Source of the DNA: Spirochaetota bacterium
Lineage (GTDB): Bacteria > Spirochaetota > UBA4802 > UBA5550
Direction: 5' to 3'
Assembly: GCA_963664815.2 (NCBI GenBank)
Contig: CAXXHB010000003.1
Coordinates: 3,424,001-3,488,000, forward strand
Length of the DNA: 64,000 nucleotides
In this document: one piece after another, positions 48,569 to 58,154 of the stretch
How the letters are laid out: each line of letters starts with the position of its first letter
Position numbering within the stretch: position 1 is the stretch's first letter
Made by a program: the position numbers and the translations under genes
The notes under the pieces: generated by a model
The model's database searches: none
Told to the model about the DNA's origin: nothing
What the model saw: only the letters and a program-made list of their open reading frames with translations

Positions 48569-50356
48569 TTAACGTCTGCTTCTCCTCGACGTATAGTGAG
48601 TATGAAGCAGTTCATGTGAATGATGACCAAGAGGTTCATGGAGAAACTCTTTGTAAATCATCTGTACTTCAGGGTTTTCATGCGACTTTCTCAAAGGAAG
48701 GCCGCTGTCAGCCGCATATATTGCAGCGGCGCGTTTTTTCCTGATCTCCGGCGAAGTGGGTATAGGCTGGCCCCCTCCGCCAATACACCCGCCCGGGCAT
48801 GCCATTATTTCAATAAAGTGATATGGTGATTTTCCGGCATCTATCTCTTTCATAAGTTTGTCCGCGTTTGCAAGCCCATGCGCAATGGCAACTTTAAGTT
48901 CAGCCCCCTCAAGGAATTTCCATTCGGGTTTCACATTTTCAATCTTGACAGATGCAGTCTTTATTCCTTCCATACCGCGAACCGGTTCAATATCCAGATT
49001 TTTAAACGGTACTTCGCGGCCTGTTACTATTTCATACGCGGTACGGAGAGCTGCTTCCATTACCCCGCCGGTTGTTCCGAATATAACCGCAGCTCCTGTT
49101 GAATCGCCCATGATGCTGTCAAATTTCTGATCTTCGAGATTCTTAAAGTCAATACCTGACTGACGGATCATATGAGCGAGCTCTCTTGTGGTAAGAACAT
49201 AATCAACATCCCTGAAACCGCTGCTGTTCATCTCCGGCCTTCCCGCTTCAAACTTCTTCGCAGTACAGGGCATGATGGAAACAGAAACCATTTTAGAGGG
49301 GTCAACCCCCCTTTTCTTTGCATAATAAGTCTTGGCAAGTGCACCGAACATCTGCTGCGGCGATTTGCATGTTGACAGGTTATCGAGAAGCGACGGGTAC
49401 TGGTGTTCAATAAACTTGATCCATCCGGGTGAACATGAAGTCATCATTGGCAGGGCCACATTTTTCTTTTCTGCAAGAGCCTCTTTAAGCCGGACAAGAA
49501 GTTCTGTCCCCTCTTCCATTATAGTAAGGTCTGCGGTAAAATCAGTATCAAGAACAGAATCAAAACCGAGTTTCCTCAGAGCGGTCACCATCTTTCCCGT
49601 CACCACTCCGCCGGTTTCCATCCCCAGGGCTTCCCCAAGACCGACTCTCACGGCAGGAGCAGTCTGTACAACAACGTGAGCTTCAGGATCATCTATCGCA
49701 TTCCATACATCCTGTATATAATTTCTCTCGGTAAGGGCCCCTGTGGGACATCGGTTTATGCACTGCCCGCAGTTTGTACAGACTACATAGTGCATCGGCT
49801 TATCCATAAAAGTTGAAACCTTGGTATGATTTCCTTTATTAGCACTCCATAAGGCTGAAACACCCTGAAGTTCTGTACATGTTCTGACGCACCTGAGGCA
49901 TTTAATGCATTTGCTGTCATCCTTGACAATCGAAGGTGAAGAGATGTCCACCGGAGATCTGTCAGCTACATCAATAAAGGCATTACCATCTGCAAGATAT
50001 TCCTGCGCGATGGACTGAAGCTCACAGTTCCCGCTCCTGTAACAGGATGTACATTCGCCGGCATGTTCGGAAAGAAGAAGTTCAATTATCGTTTTCCGCG
50101 CTTCACGAACTTTTTTTGTATTGGTATAAATCTCCATCCCCTCTGCAGCTGGAACAGCGCATGACGCCTGAAGCGCCCTGGCCCCTTTCTGCTCAACAAC
50201 GCAGACCCGGCAGTTGCCTGCAACGCAGAGATCCTCATGATGGCAGAGCGTAGGAATCCTCACTCCGGCTTTTTTTGCGGCTTCAAGAATTGTAGCTCCT
50301 TTAGCCACTGTCACTTTTTTATCATTTATAGTTAAACTTATATTATCCATTGTCAT
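48569..50356 (-). CDS. hydA: [FeFe]-hydrogenase catalytic subunit of a multimeric NAD-linked (group A3) enzyme
   Basis: N-terminal 2Fe-2S, His-ligated 4Fe-4S and 2x4Fe-4S motifs; H-cluster motifs TSCSPGW, MPCTAKKFE, EIMACPGGCIGGGGQP. Confidence 0.96.
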   Translation of the reverse strand: MTMDNISLTINDKKVTVAKGATILEAAKKAGVRIPTLCHHEDLCVAGNCRVCVVEQKGARALQASCAVPAAEGMEIYTNTKKVREARKTIIELLLSEHAGECTSCYRSGNCELQSIAQEYLADGNAFIDVADRSPVDISSPSIVKDDSKCIKCLRCVRTCTELQGVSALWSANKGNHTKVSTFMDKPMHYVVCTNCGQCINRCPTGALTERNYIQDVWNAIDDPEAHVVVQTAPAVRVGLGEALGMETGGVVTGKMVTALRKLGFDSVLDTDFTADLTIMEEGTELLVRLKEALAEKKNVALPMMTSCSPGWIKFIEHQYPSLLDNLSTCKSPQQMFGALAKTYYAKKRGVDPSKMVSVSIMPCTAKKFEAGRPEMNSSGFRDVDYVLTTRELAHMIRQSGIDFKNLEDQKFDSIMGDSTGAAVIFGTTGGVMEAALRTAYEIVTGREVPFKNLDIEPVRGMEGIKTASVKIENVKPEWKFLEGAELKVAIAHGLANADKLMKEIDAGKSPYHFIEIMACPGGCIGGGGQPIPTSPEIRKKRAAAIYAADSGLPLRKSHENPEVQMIYKEFLHEPLGHHSHELLHTHYTSRRSRR

Positions 50357-50368
50357 ATCTCCCCGGTC

Positions 50369-51553
50369 TCAGTAGCATATTTCTTCACGGAAATGTTCCG
50401 TAATAGAATTGAAAGGGCTTGCGAGCGACTGTCCAAGGCCGCATTTTGAGGCAACTGCCATTGTCGCAGCGAGTTTTCTCAGATCATTAATATATTCTAC
50501 CGGCCTTTCCCCTGCCCTTATTGCCTCTATACCCTTTAAAAGCTGCTGGCATCCGACCCTGCATGGAGTACACTGCCCGCACGATTCCTCCTCAAAAAAC
50601 TCAAGATAGTTTTTAAGAACATGAAACATCGACCTTTTACTGTTAAAAAGCATCATTGAACCTCCGGTCGGTACACCCTCAAATCCTATTATTGTTTTAT
50701 CAAAGTTTTTCCTGGGAACACATGTTCCGGAGGCTCCGCCTACCTGAACAGCCTTTGTATCGCCATCTCCGAACAGGTCAACAAACTCCTGCATGTTCAT
50801 CCCCATAGGGAGCTCATAAACTCCTTTTACTGCGCAGTCTCCTGAAACAGAGAAGACCTTTCCACCCATAGAATCCTTTGTGCCGATTGATTTGAAATTT
50901 TCCGCACCTTTATCAATAATTGCCGTAACATAGGCAAGCGTTTCCACGTTATTTACAACGGTTGGTTCATTCATGTAGCCGGCGCCTACCGGGAATGGAG
51001 GTTTATTCCTGGGCTCACCCCTGTTTCCCTCCATTGATTCTATAAGAGCTGTCTCCTCACCGCAGACATATGCTCCGCTCCCAGACCGTACATTAACAGT
51101 AAACTTAAATTTCTTATATGCAAACTGCGCATTCCATTTGTCGCAGCATTCCTGAAGTTTATCTTTAAAAAAATTATATTCTCCCCGGAGATATATATAA
51201 CCTTCCTGAGATCCTACCGCATGTGCGCATATAGCCATTCCCGTTATTACCTTATCCGGTTCCTCTTCAAGTATTCTCCTGTCCTTGAATGTCCCCGGTT
51301 CACCCTCGTCGGCGTTGCATATAATATACTTAATTTTTCCGGTCGATGCGGCAGCGCCTTTCCATTTTAAGCCTGTAGGAAAACCTGCACCTCCACGACC
51401 TCTCAGACCCGATTTTGTAACTATATCAATTATTGTGTCAGGTTTCTCGGCAAAAGCTTTATCCAGGATGCTTATACAGTCAGCTCCTTTAAATATAAGA
51501 TTTACCCTCTCCTGCATTTTATCCAGTTTTTCTTTTTTATCCGTATCAGCCAT
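50369..51553 (-). CDS. hydB: NuoF-like NADH/FMN-binding hydrogenase subunit (short form)
   Basis: SGLRGRGGAGFPTG, NADEGEPGTFKDR, YVCGEETAL, ESCGQCTPCR...CGLG; no terminal ferredoxin domains. Confidence 0.93.
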   Translation of the reverse strand: MADTDKKEKLDKMQERVNLIFKGADCISILDKAFAEKPDTIIDIVTKSGLRGRGGAGFPTGLKWKGAAASTGKIKYIICNADEGEPGTFKDRRILEEEPDKVITGMAICAHAVGSQEGYIYLRGEYNFFKDKLQECCDKWNAQFAYKKFKFTVNVRSGSGAYVCGEETALIESMEGNRGEPRNKPPFPVGAGYMNEPTVVNNVETLAYVTAIIDKGAENFKSIGTKDSMGGKVFSVSGDCAVKGVYELPMGMNMQEFVDLFGDGDTKAVQVGGASGTCVPRKNFDKTIIGFEGVPTGGSMMLFNSKRSMFHVLKNYLEFFEEESCGQCTPCRVGCQQLLKGIEAIRAGERPVEYINDLRKLAATMAVASKCGLGQSLASPFNSITEHFREEICY

Positions 51554-51653
51554 TTTATAATCTCCTTCTGTTTAAATAGTCCGACTGTTGCATAATATTC
51601 ATCACAGATGCTTATGCCCAGCTGAACCGTATGAAAAATCACAGCAGACCTCT

Positions 51654-52010
51654 TTATTTAACCAGTCCCAGCAGCTCTTCGGGGCTTACAGGTTTTGACA
51701 TTGCACCGTTGAAACCTATTTCGTGAATATCAAGAGTCCCGGCAGTTTCATCACCCACAGCGCTGAGCAGGTATATTTTCACATTTTTATCTTTTGCCCG
51801 GATTGCCCTGCACGCCTTAATTCCCGAATCAACACTTTCCATCATAAGATCGAGAAAAACAACATCAGGGGAGCTTACAGCAAATTTTTCCATGCACTCC
51901 TTCTCGCTTTTTGCAATTGTTATATAATGCCCTTCACTTTCGAGCATTGCCTGCATGGCTATCAATATATCAGAATCATCATCAACAATAAGGATCTTCC
52001 TTCTTGCCAT
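51654..52010 (-). CDS. Single-domain response regulator (receiver only)
   Basis: ILIVDDD, VFLDLMM, LLSA, SKPV. Confidence 0.92.
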   Translation of the reverse strand: MARRKILIVDDDSDILIAMQAMLESEGHYITIAKSEKECMEKFAVSSPDVVFLDLMMESVDSGIKACRAIRAKDKNVKIYLLSAVGDETAGTLDIHEIGFNGAMSKPVSPEELLGLVK

Positions 52011-52034
52011 ATTTTCAGTCCTCCAACCTGTTTA

Positions 52035-52511
52035 TTATTGTTTATCTTTATTTTTATAATTGTAGATTACCGCCACCGTGCTTTCCGGTGTCAGTTCTGT
52101 AAAAACGTCATCATTTACAAGCATGGCAGGACCTTTATGGCACCACCCCATACAGTTGGTTTCCAGTAATGTGAACATCCCGTCAGGGGTAGTTTCACCC
52201 GGTTTAATCTTCAGTTCCCCCTGAAGTGCACCAAGAATCTCTTTTTTTCCCGCCATATCACAGGATATTGTTCTGCATATCCTGATAACATATTTACCCC
52301 TGGGCTCAGTGTCAAGAAACGAGTAAAAAGTAGCAATGCCGTAAACCTCGGCAGGAGAGAGCCCGAAAATATCCGCCACACTTTCCATCATATCCTCTTT
52401 CAGCCATCTCTCCTTTGAAACAACATACTGAAGCACTGGAAGCAGGCTTTCACGCCTTACACCATGCTTTTCTATAGCCTCTGATAAAATACTGTTGCTC
52501 ATAATAAGCAC
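52035..52511 (-). CDS. hydC: NuoE-like 2Fe-2S hydrogenase subunit
   Basis: ATFYSF, CRTISC, GETTPDG.FTL..NCMGWC..GP; start may be ATG at codon 4. Confidence 0.92.
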   Translation of the reverse strand: MLIMSNSILSEAIEKHGVRRESLLPVLQYVVSKERWLKEDMMESVADIFGLSPAEVYGIATFYSFLDTEPRGKYVIRICRTISCDMAGKKEILGALQGELKIKPGETTPDGMFTLLETNCMGWCHKGPAMLVNDDVFTELTPESTVAVIYNYKNKDKQ

Positions 52512-52693
52512 TCCTTGAATATTACTTTTATATTTATTGTGCTACATAAATTAAAAACCCAAAGAAAGTCAACAAAAATAACACTTAATAATAATAAATA
52601 TTACTATATACATATTTTATTGACATTAATATTACATTAATTTTTAATATGCCTCAATTGACGTATTGACATACTAATGAGGAGGATTTAATA

Positions 52694-53977
52694 ATGAATC
52701 ATGAAAGTCGGAAATTATTGCAACTTGCCGGGGGAGCCGCGGTCGCCATTATAGGGGCACAGACTCTAACCTCATGCAAAAAGGAGGATAAGGTAGAGCA
52801 TATCTACACGTCACTCTCCACCCCTGATATCTCGAAATACGATTCAACATATTTTGTAGAGGTAAACCAGAGCCTGTGCCAGGGATGCCATACATGTACA
52901 GAAAACTGCCCTACGGGCATAATCAACAGTAAAGAGCCGGGGGGTCCTCACAGGGTTTACAGGCATGAAGGCTGCGTCAACTGCGGACAGTGCCTTGTAA
53001 ATTGCCCATACGGCGCAATTAAAGAAAATGTTTCATATATTGAAGAAGTTTTCAGGGCAATAGATGATCCTGAAAAGGTTGTAGTAGCGCTCCCGGCACC
53101 GGCCGTCAGGTACGCAATCGGGGAGCCTTTCGGGATGGATCACGGAACATATGCTGCGGGGAAGATGAATGCTGCTCTTAAAGAACTGGGGTTTGACATT
53201 TTATGGGATACAGAGTTTGCCGCTGACCTTACAATTATGGAAGAGGGGTCAGAGCTTATCGGAAGACTTACAGGAAAAATCAACAAGCCGGTTCCGCAGT
53301 TCACGTCATGCTGCCCGGGATGGATAAAATTTGTGGAATCCTTTCATCCTGAACTGATTCCGAATCTTTCATCATGCAAATCGCCGGTATGCATGATGGG
53401 GGCGCTTTCAAAAACCTATGGGGCAAAGAATAAAAACATTGATCCGAAAAAAATCTACACCGTATCAATAATGCCTTGCATTGCCAAAAAATTCGAAGGG
53501 ATGCGTCCGGAAATGAAAGCCAGCGGCTTCAGGGATATTGACGCTACAATCAACACCCGTGAACTTGCATACATGATTAAAAGAAAGGATATAGATTTTC
53601 TGTCTCTGAAAGACCAGACGGCTGATCCGATTCTCGGCCAGTCAACCGGTGCGGCCACCATATTCGGAGTAAGCGGCGGTGTTATGGAGGCGGCTCTCCG
53701 TTTCGCATATGAAGCTGTTTCCGGGCAGAAACTCGCATCAGTGGATCTTACAGCTGTTCGCGGAAACGGCGGAGTCAGGGAAGCTTCAGTCAAAATTCCC
53801 GGAGGACCGGAAGTAAAGGTATGCGTTGTGTCGGGTCTTAAAAATGCGAAACCTGTAATCGACGATGTCATAAAAGGTAAATCGCCATACCATTTTATCG
53901 AAGTTATGACCTGCCCGGGTGGATGCGTGAACGGCGGGGGACAGCCTATTGATCCTTCTCAGACATTTACAGCGTAA
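52694..53977 (+). CDS. [FeFe]-hydrogenase large subunit, Desulfovibrio periplasmic type, with N-terminal lipoprotein-like signal
   Basis: 2x CxxCxxCxxxCP; TSCCPGW, MPCIAKKFE, EVMTCPGGCVNGGGQP; N-terminus ...AQTLTSCKK. Confidence 0.95.
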   Translation: MNHESRKLLQLAGGAAVAIIGAQTLTSCKKEDKVEHIYTSLSTPDISKYDSTYFVEVNQSLCQGCHTCTENCPTGIINSKEPGGPHRVYRHEGCVNCGQCLVNCPYGAIKENVSYIEEVFRAIDDPEKVVVALPAPAVRYAIGEPFGMDHGTYAAGKMNAALKELGFDILWDTEFAADLTIMEEGSELIGRLTGKINKPVPQFTSCCPGWIKFVESFHPELIPNLSSCKSPVCMMGALSKTYGAKNKNIDPKKIYTVSIMPCIAKKFEGMRPEMKASGFRDIDATINTRELAYMIKRKDIDFLSLKDQTADPILGQSTGAATIFGVSGGVMEAALRFAYEAVSGQKLASVDLTAVRGNGGVREASVKIPGGPEVKVCVVSGLKNAKPVIDDVIKGKSPYHFIEVMTCPGGCVNGGGQPIDPSQTFTA

Positions 53978-54001
53978 TTAATTATATTTAAGGAGAAAAA
54001 T

Positions 54002-54328
54002 ATGAACAGAAATATAACACGAAGATCCTTCCTGAGTATTTCGGCAAAAACATTTTTATTTTTTACCGCACTTACTCTCCCTGCAAAAAAAGTCTTTGCA
54101 GTACTTCTTGACTCAATAAGAAGATCAAGAACAGAGAGTGTATATGAACAGGACAGGAAAATGCCGCTGAGAAAATCACAGGATAATCCTATGGTTAAAC
54201 AGATATACAAGGATTTTCTTGAAAATCCGAATTCCCATAAAGCTCATGAACTGCTCCATACGGAATATACAGACAGATCTGCCGGACTTAAAAAAGTTAA
54301 GAAGACTGGAGTTAATCTTACATATTAG
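54002..54328 (+). CDS. [FeFe]-hydrogenase small subunit with Tat signal
   Basis: ITRRSFL twin-arginine motif; R...VY..D...LRKSQDNP.V...Y..FL..P....AHELLHT. Confidence 0.93.
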   Translation: MNRNITRRSFLSISAKTFLFFTALTLPAKKVFAVLLDSIRRSRTESVYEQDRKMPLRKSQDNPMVKQIYKDFLENPNSHKAHELLHTEYTDRSAGLKKVKKTGVNLTY

Positions 54329-54345
54329 CTAAAGAATAAATTATA

Positions 54346-54386
54346 CCCCTCTTCCGGTTTTATGGATTTTCAACAGGAAGGGGGGA
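54346..54386. terminator. Bidirectional terminator-like hairpin
   Basis: CCCCTCTTCC...GGAAGGGGGG between convergent genes. Confidence 0.6.
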
Positions 54387-54405
54387 TTTAATCTTAGTCA
54401 GTCTT

Positions 54406-55293
54406 TTATTTTTCACCAAAGGCGTTAACAAGAACTGAAAGATTTTTTTTCATGATTTTTATATAAGCTTCTTTATCATTATCACCCGTAACAGCTGGAT
54501 CAAGTATATAAACTTTAGCCCCTGTTTCCCGGGCAACAGCATCTGCTGAACCTGATGGATACTGCGGTTCGGCAAAAAGAGTTTTAATTTTTGTTTTACG
54601 CACAAGATCTATTGTCCCGGCAAGTTCTTTTGCGGAGGGTTCACTCCCCGGCTCACGTTCAATAACTGCCGCGATATCGAATTTATACTCTTTCGCAAAA
54701 TAAGGAAAGGCTTCATGGAAAGTTATAATTTTTCTACCCTTGTATTTTGAAAGACCTGCATCCATTTCCGTCTTTAGGTCGTTAAGCTCTTTTATATATT
54801 TCGCTGCATTCTTTTTATAGAGTTCAGCATTTTTTGTATCTGCTTCTGACAGGGCTTTTGAGCAATTTTCAACCATAATAATAGTATTGCTGACACTTAC
54901 CCATACGTGTGGATTTGCCCCTTCACTATTTTTAATAAGCGGTATCCCTTTGGAAAGCTCTGCAGTTTTGAGGCCGGGATATTTAGCGGCAATTTTATCC
55001 AGAAAAGATTCCATCCCGGCACCATTGATCAGAAAAATACCGGCATTCTCAAGGTTCTTTATGTCTTTCGATGTGACACTGTAATCGTGAAGACATCCGG
55101 TGAACGGGGGAGTCATATTAACAACCTTTACCCCTTCAATACCATCAGCTACATTCATTGCGATAATATAAACGGGATAAAATGATGCCACAATTAAAAA
55201 TTCACTCCCGGCATCAGCGCCTTTCTCTTTCTTGCATCCTGCAGTGATAACAAATAAAATCATTAACACAGAAATCAGTTTTACTGCTTTCAT
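54406..55293 (-). CDS. ZnuA/TroA-family metal-binding lipoprotein
   Basis: Lipobox TAGC; SFYP, LHDY, NGAGME, NPHVW, FHEAF, EPSAK. Confidence 0.92.
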   Translation of the reverse strand: MKAVKLISVLMILFVITAGCKKEKGADAGSEFLIVASFYPVYIIAMNVADGIEGVKVVNMTPPFTGCLHDYSVTSKDIKNLENAGIFLINGAGMESFLDKIAAKYPGLKTAELSKGIPLIKNSEGANPHVWVSVSNTIIMVENCSKALSEADTKNAELYKKNAAKYIKELNDLKTEMDAGLSKYKGRKIITFHEAFPYFAKEYKFDIAAVIEREPGSEPSAKELAGTIDLVRKTKIKTLFAEPQYPSGSADAVARETGAKVYILDPAVTGDNDKEAYIKIMKKNLSVLVNAFGEK

Positions 55294-55359
55294 AATCAGT
55301 CTCCATTTTTATAGATTATCGGAAAACAATAATTTGAGAAGATTTTCTGTCAACTATTT

Positions 55360-55380
55360 AAATGCAAATTACTTGCATTT
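55360..55380. promoter_or_regulatory. Fur/Zur-like palindrome upstream of the ZnuA-like gene
   Basis: AAATGCAA-ATTAC-TTGCATTT, just upstream of a minus-strand TTGACA at 55348-55353. Confidence 0.6.
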
Positions 55381-55443
55381 GCATTCTGGAATGTAGAAGC
55401 AGGTACAATGTACTTAAAACATCATTATGGATTAAAAAGATAT

Positions 55444-56262
55444 TTACTGATTTACAGGATAGACATACGGACTCGATTCAGGAGGAATCTTTTTATATGA
55501 TTCAACTACAAGTACTGGAGCTTTATCTTCCTTCCTGCTGCTTCCTGCGTTCTGCATCTCAATGTATCCACATAGTTCAAGCCACTCATCTTTTTTAAAA
55601 CTTACTCCGGTCTTTTCCGCGTCAAATATCAGACCTGTTATACCCGCATCTGCCGCACAGCAATACATGACAAGCCGTGCAATAATATAACGGTCTTTTT
55701 TCAGTTTTTTTGATTTATAGACAAATCCTTTTACTTCTAATTTCATGTTCTGATACTTTTCAGAATTTTTGAATATATCCTCCATCGCTGAATAAAAGTT
55801 ATCTTGTTCAATTTTAAAAACCTCACCTTTGGAAGAATTTTTATCCGATATAGCTCCAGGCAGAGATGTCCCATTATGATCAAGTTCGGAAATTTCACTG
55901 ATTCTCTTTTTTCCGGTTTTCTCCGACAAGTCGGCCTGTAAATTAAACTCTCTCTCCTCCTGCAGATGTTCGTAGAAAAGATTACTGTCATGGGGAAGAT
56001 TCATCAGTATAATAAGAATAATAAAAACCATATATTTGCCTAAACCTGAGGATTTTTCATTTACATCTCTGCCTGATGCCGGGACCATCGCGAAGGCGGC
56101 AAAGATAAGCAATATAATTAATGCCAGATATACAAATATATGGTAATCTGGGTTGATATAGTTGGTAAGCAACTTATAAGAGACTATCCGCTCTATTGTC
56201 ATAAAGAGCAGAGAGATCAGAACAAATTCCCTGAAAACATATAAATAACGGAGCAGCTTCAT
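55444..56262 (-). CDS. DUF1980/YcgQ-like permease partner
   Basis: YINP, three TM segments, GFVY, ARLVMYCCAADA, W...G, PYVY. Confidence 0.85.
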   Translation of the reverse strand: MKLLRYLYVFREFVLISLLFMTIERIVSYKLLTNYINPDYHIFVYLALIILLIFAAFAMVPASGRDVNEKSSGLGKYMVFIILIILMNLPHDSNLFYEHLQEEREFNLQADLSEKTGKKRISEISELDHNGTSLPGAISDKNSSKGEVFKIEQDNFYSAMEDIFKNSEKYQNMKLEVKGFVYKSKKLKKDRYIIARLVMYCCAADAGITGLIFDAEKTGVSFKKDEWLELCGYIEMQNAGSSRKEDKAPVLVVESYKKIPPESSPYVYPVNQ

Positions 56263-57233
56263 ATAGCCACCCCCATAAGCAGTTGTGCAATATGTGAATA
56301 AATAACTGTAAAAAAAACTATCATTATGATCAGAATAACGATGAACCGCGTCCTGAATATATTTTTAAGCATCACCGTTGTCTTTATATCGATCATGGCT
56401 CCCGAGATCATAAAGCAGAGCAGCGCACCGGTATTGAAGGCGCCGGAAAAAGAACGGGCGATAAAAGCATCGGTCTGAGAGCAGACAGAAAGAAGGTAGG
56501 CGTAGCCTGTCATGAAAATTTCTGAAACCGGGAATGTTTTACCCACAGCGGTGAAATATGCCCTGGGTATAACTGTCTGAAATGCTGATGTTACGAGTAT
56601 CCCTGTAATAAAATATTTCCCTGTGTCGAAGAACTCTTCAATGCTGTGGAAAATAACTCTCTTGATTTTTACAATTAATGTTCTTGAATCGATGTCATCA
56701 TGTGTATGAATATCTCCATGACATGAGCATCCGCAATGATGACCGGGGAGAAGAACTCCGCTGATCTCAGCGTCAATTAGCGTGAATTTATTTTCTTTAT
56801 TTTTTTTAAGAATAAATTCATTTTCTATAAAAAAACTTATAATAAGGCCTATAATAAAAGAGACGATAACTCCCCCGGCCGTTCTGTAAAGCGCAATTTC
56901 CGGTTTATTGATAAATGCGAAATGTGTACTGCTGAAAACAACAATATTGACTATTGGGATTGAAAGCATCATTGTAATGGCATTTGAAACGGGAACGCCC
57001 TTTTTTATAAGACGCGCGGCAACGGGGACAATTCCGCATTCACACACGGGGAAAAGAATACCGGTGAAGGAGGAGACTGCAATACCGAGTACCCGGTTTT
57101 TGGGAACCAGTTTTTCAATAAAACTCTGAGGGACAAAGACCTCTATGAGGCTTGATAGAATTACACCCACGAGGAGAAAGAATATCCCCTCCAGGAATAT
57201 GCTTGTTACATAGGTGGAAAATATTGATAGCAT
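56259..57233 (-). CDS. DUF318/YcgR-like permease
   Basis: FPVCECGIVP, His/Cys loop HHCGCSCHGDIHTHD, SVCSQTDAFIA, GAMIDIK. Confidence 0.88.
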   Translation of the reverse strand: MLSIFSTYVTSIFLEGIFFLLVGVILSSLIEVFVPQSFIEKLVPKNRVLGIAVSSFTGILFPVCECGIVPVAARLIKKGVPVSNAITMMLSIPIVNIVVFSSTHFAFINKPEIALYRTAGGVIVSFIIGLIISFFIENEFILKKNKENKFTLIDAEISGVLLPGHHCGCSCHGDIHTHDDIDSRTLIVKIKRVIFHSIEEFFDTGKYFITGILVTSAFQTVIPRAYFTAVGKTFPVSEIFMTGYAYLLSVCSQTDAFIARSFSGAFNTGALLCFMISGAMIDIKTTVMLKNIFRTRFIVILIIMIVFFTVIYSHIAQLLMGVAI

Positions 57234-57241
57234 AAATGTTT

Positions 57242-58150
57242 TTACCTTAACATTGATCTGATAAACGGCCAGGCCATTAACAGTGAAAACAACAGGATGA
57301 TAAGAAATGAAAACAGCTCAAGGATTGATGATATAATGTTTAAACTTTTTTCATTCTTTTTAAATTTTAAGAACAAACCAACTCTCCCGGCATAAGCAAG
57401 ATACCCGGCAAGCGATATTACTATTCCCATGCCGGCTGACATCGCCATTACACCCGCGACGCCTTTGCACGGCATACCGGCGTAGAGAGATAAAAGCAGA
57501 AGCATTGTAGCCCCCGGGCATGGAACAAGACTGGAGACAATAATAAGAGGATATAATCTCTTTGGCTGAGGTTCGGCAGAAATGCCGCGTTTTTCAATAA
57601 GACCCTTAATTTTAAATATAATAAGGGCGAGAGAGAGGAGGGCAATCGCAATAAAGGTTATCCCTTCCATATATGCATATATATCCTCAGAGCCTGACAG
57701 TGAAACTACAGTTTTCTGTATCAGATAAAGAACGACAATGACAGCAATACTGCTCCCGGCATGAATACCGGCAGAAAGAAAACCGGCACAGCCCGGCTCA
57801 TACCACCTGACCTTGTGGGAGATAAAGAGCGAAAAAACTATGGTTTTTCTGTGACCGGGACCTGCGGCATGAAAAAGGCCGTATAGAAATGATGCTGTTA
57901 AAAAAATCAGCAGCATATTCCCGGACTCACCTTTTTTTATACTTCGCAGAGCTGATGCAACTTTATCGCGATATTCAAACTGCATCTTTATAAAAGTATT
58001 TGATCCGCCTGAGTAGACAGGGGGAGAGGCAACCTTTGACTTGGCATCACCGCTGGAGAACGGATTTGCCGTAAGCCGAGAAGCCGGCAGAATACAGATA
58101 AGGAATAATAGGAAAACAGATGCAGCGATAAAATATCCCGTCCGGGGCAT
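57242..58150 (-). CDS. RcnA/NiCoT-like (ZevB-like) membrane transporter
   Basis: YGLFHAAGPGHRK, LVPCPGA, AMSAGMG. Confidence 0.82.
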   Translation of the reverse strand: MPRTGYFIAASVFLLFLICILPASRLTANPFSSGDAKSKVASPPVYSGGSNTFIKMQFEYRDKVASALRSIKKGESGNMLLIFLTASFLYGLFHAAGPGHRKTIVFSLFISHKVRWYEPGCAGFLSAGIHAGSSIAVIVVLYLIQKTVVSLSGSEDIYAYMEGITFIAIALLSLALIIFKIKGLIEKRGISAEPQPKRLYPLIIVSSLVPCPGATMLLLLSLYAGMPCKGVAGVMAMSAGMGIVISLAGYLAYAGRVGLFLKFKKNEKSLNIISSILELFSFLIILLFSLLMAWPFIRSMLR

Positions 58151-58154
58151 TTAA

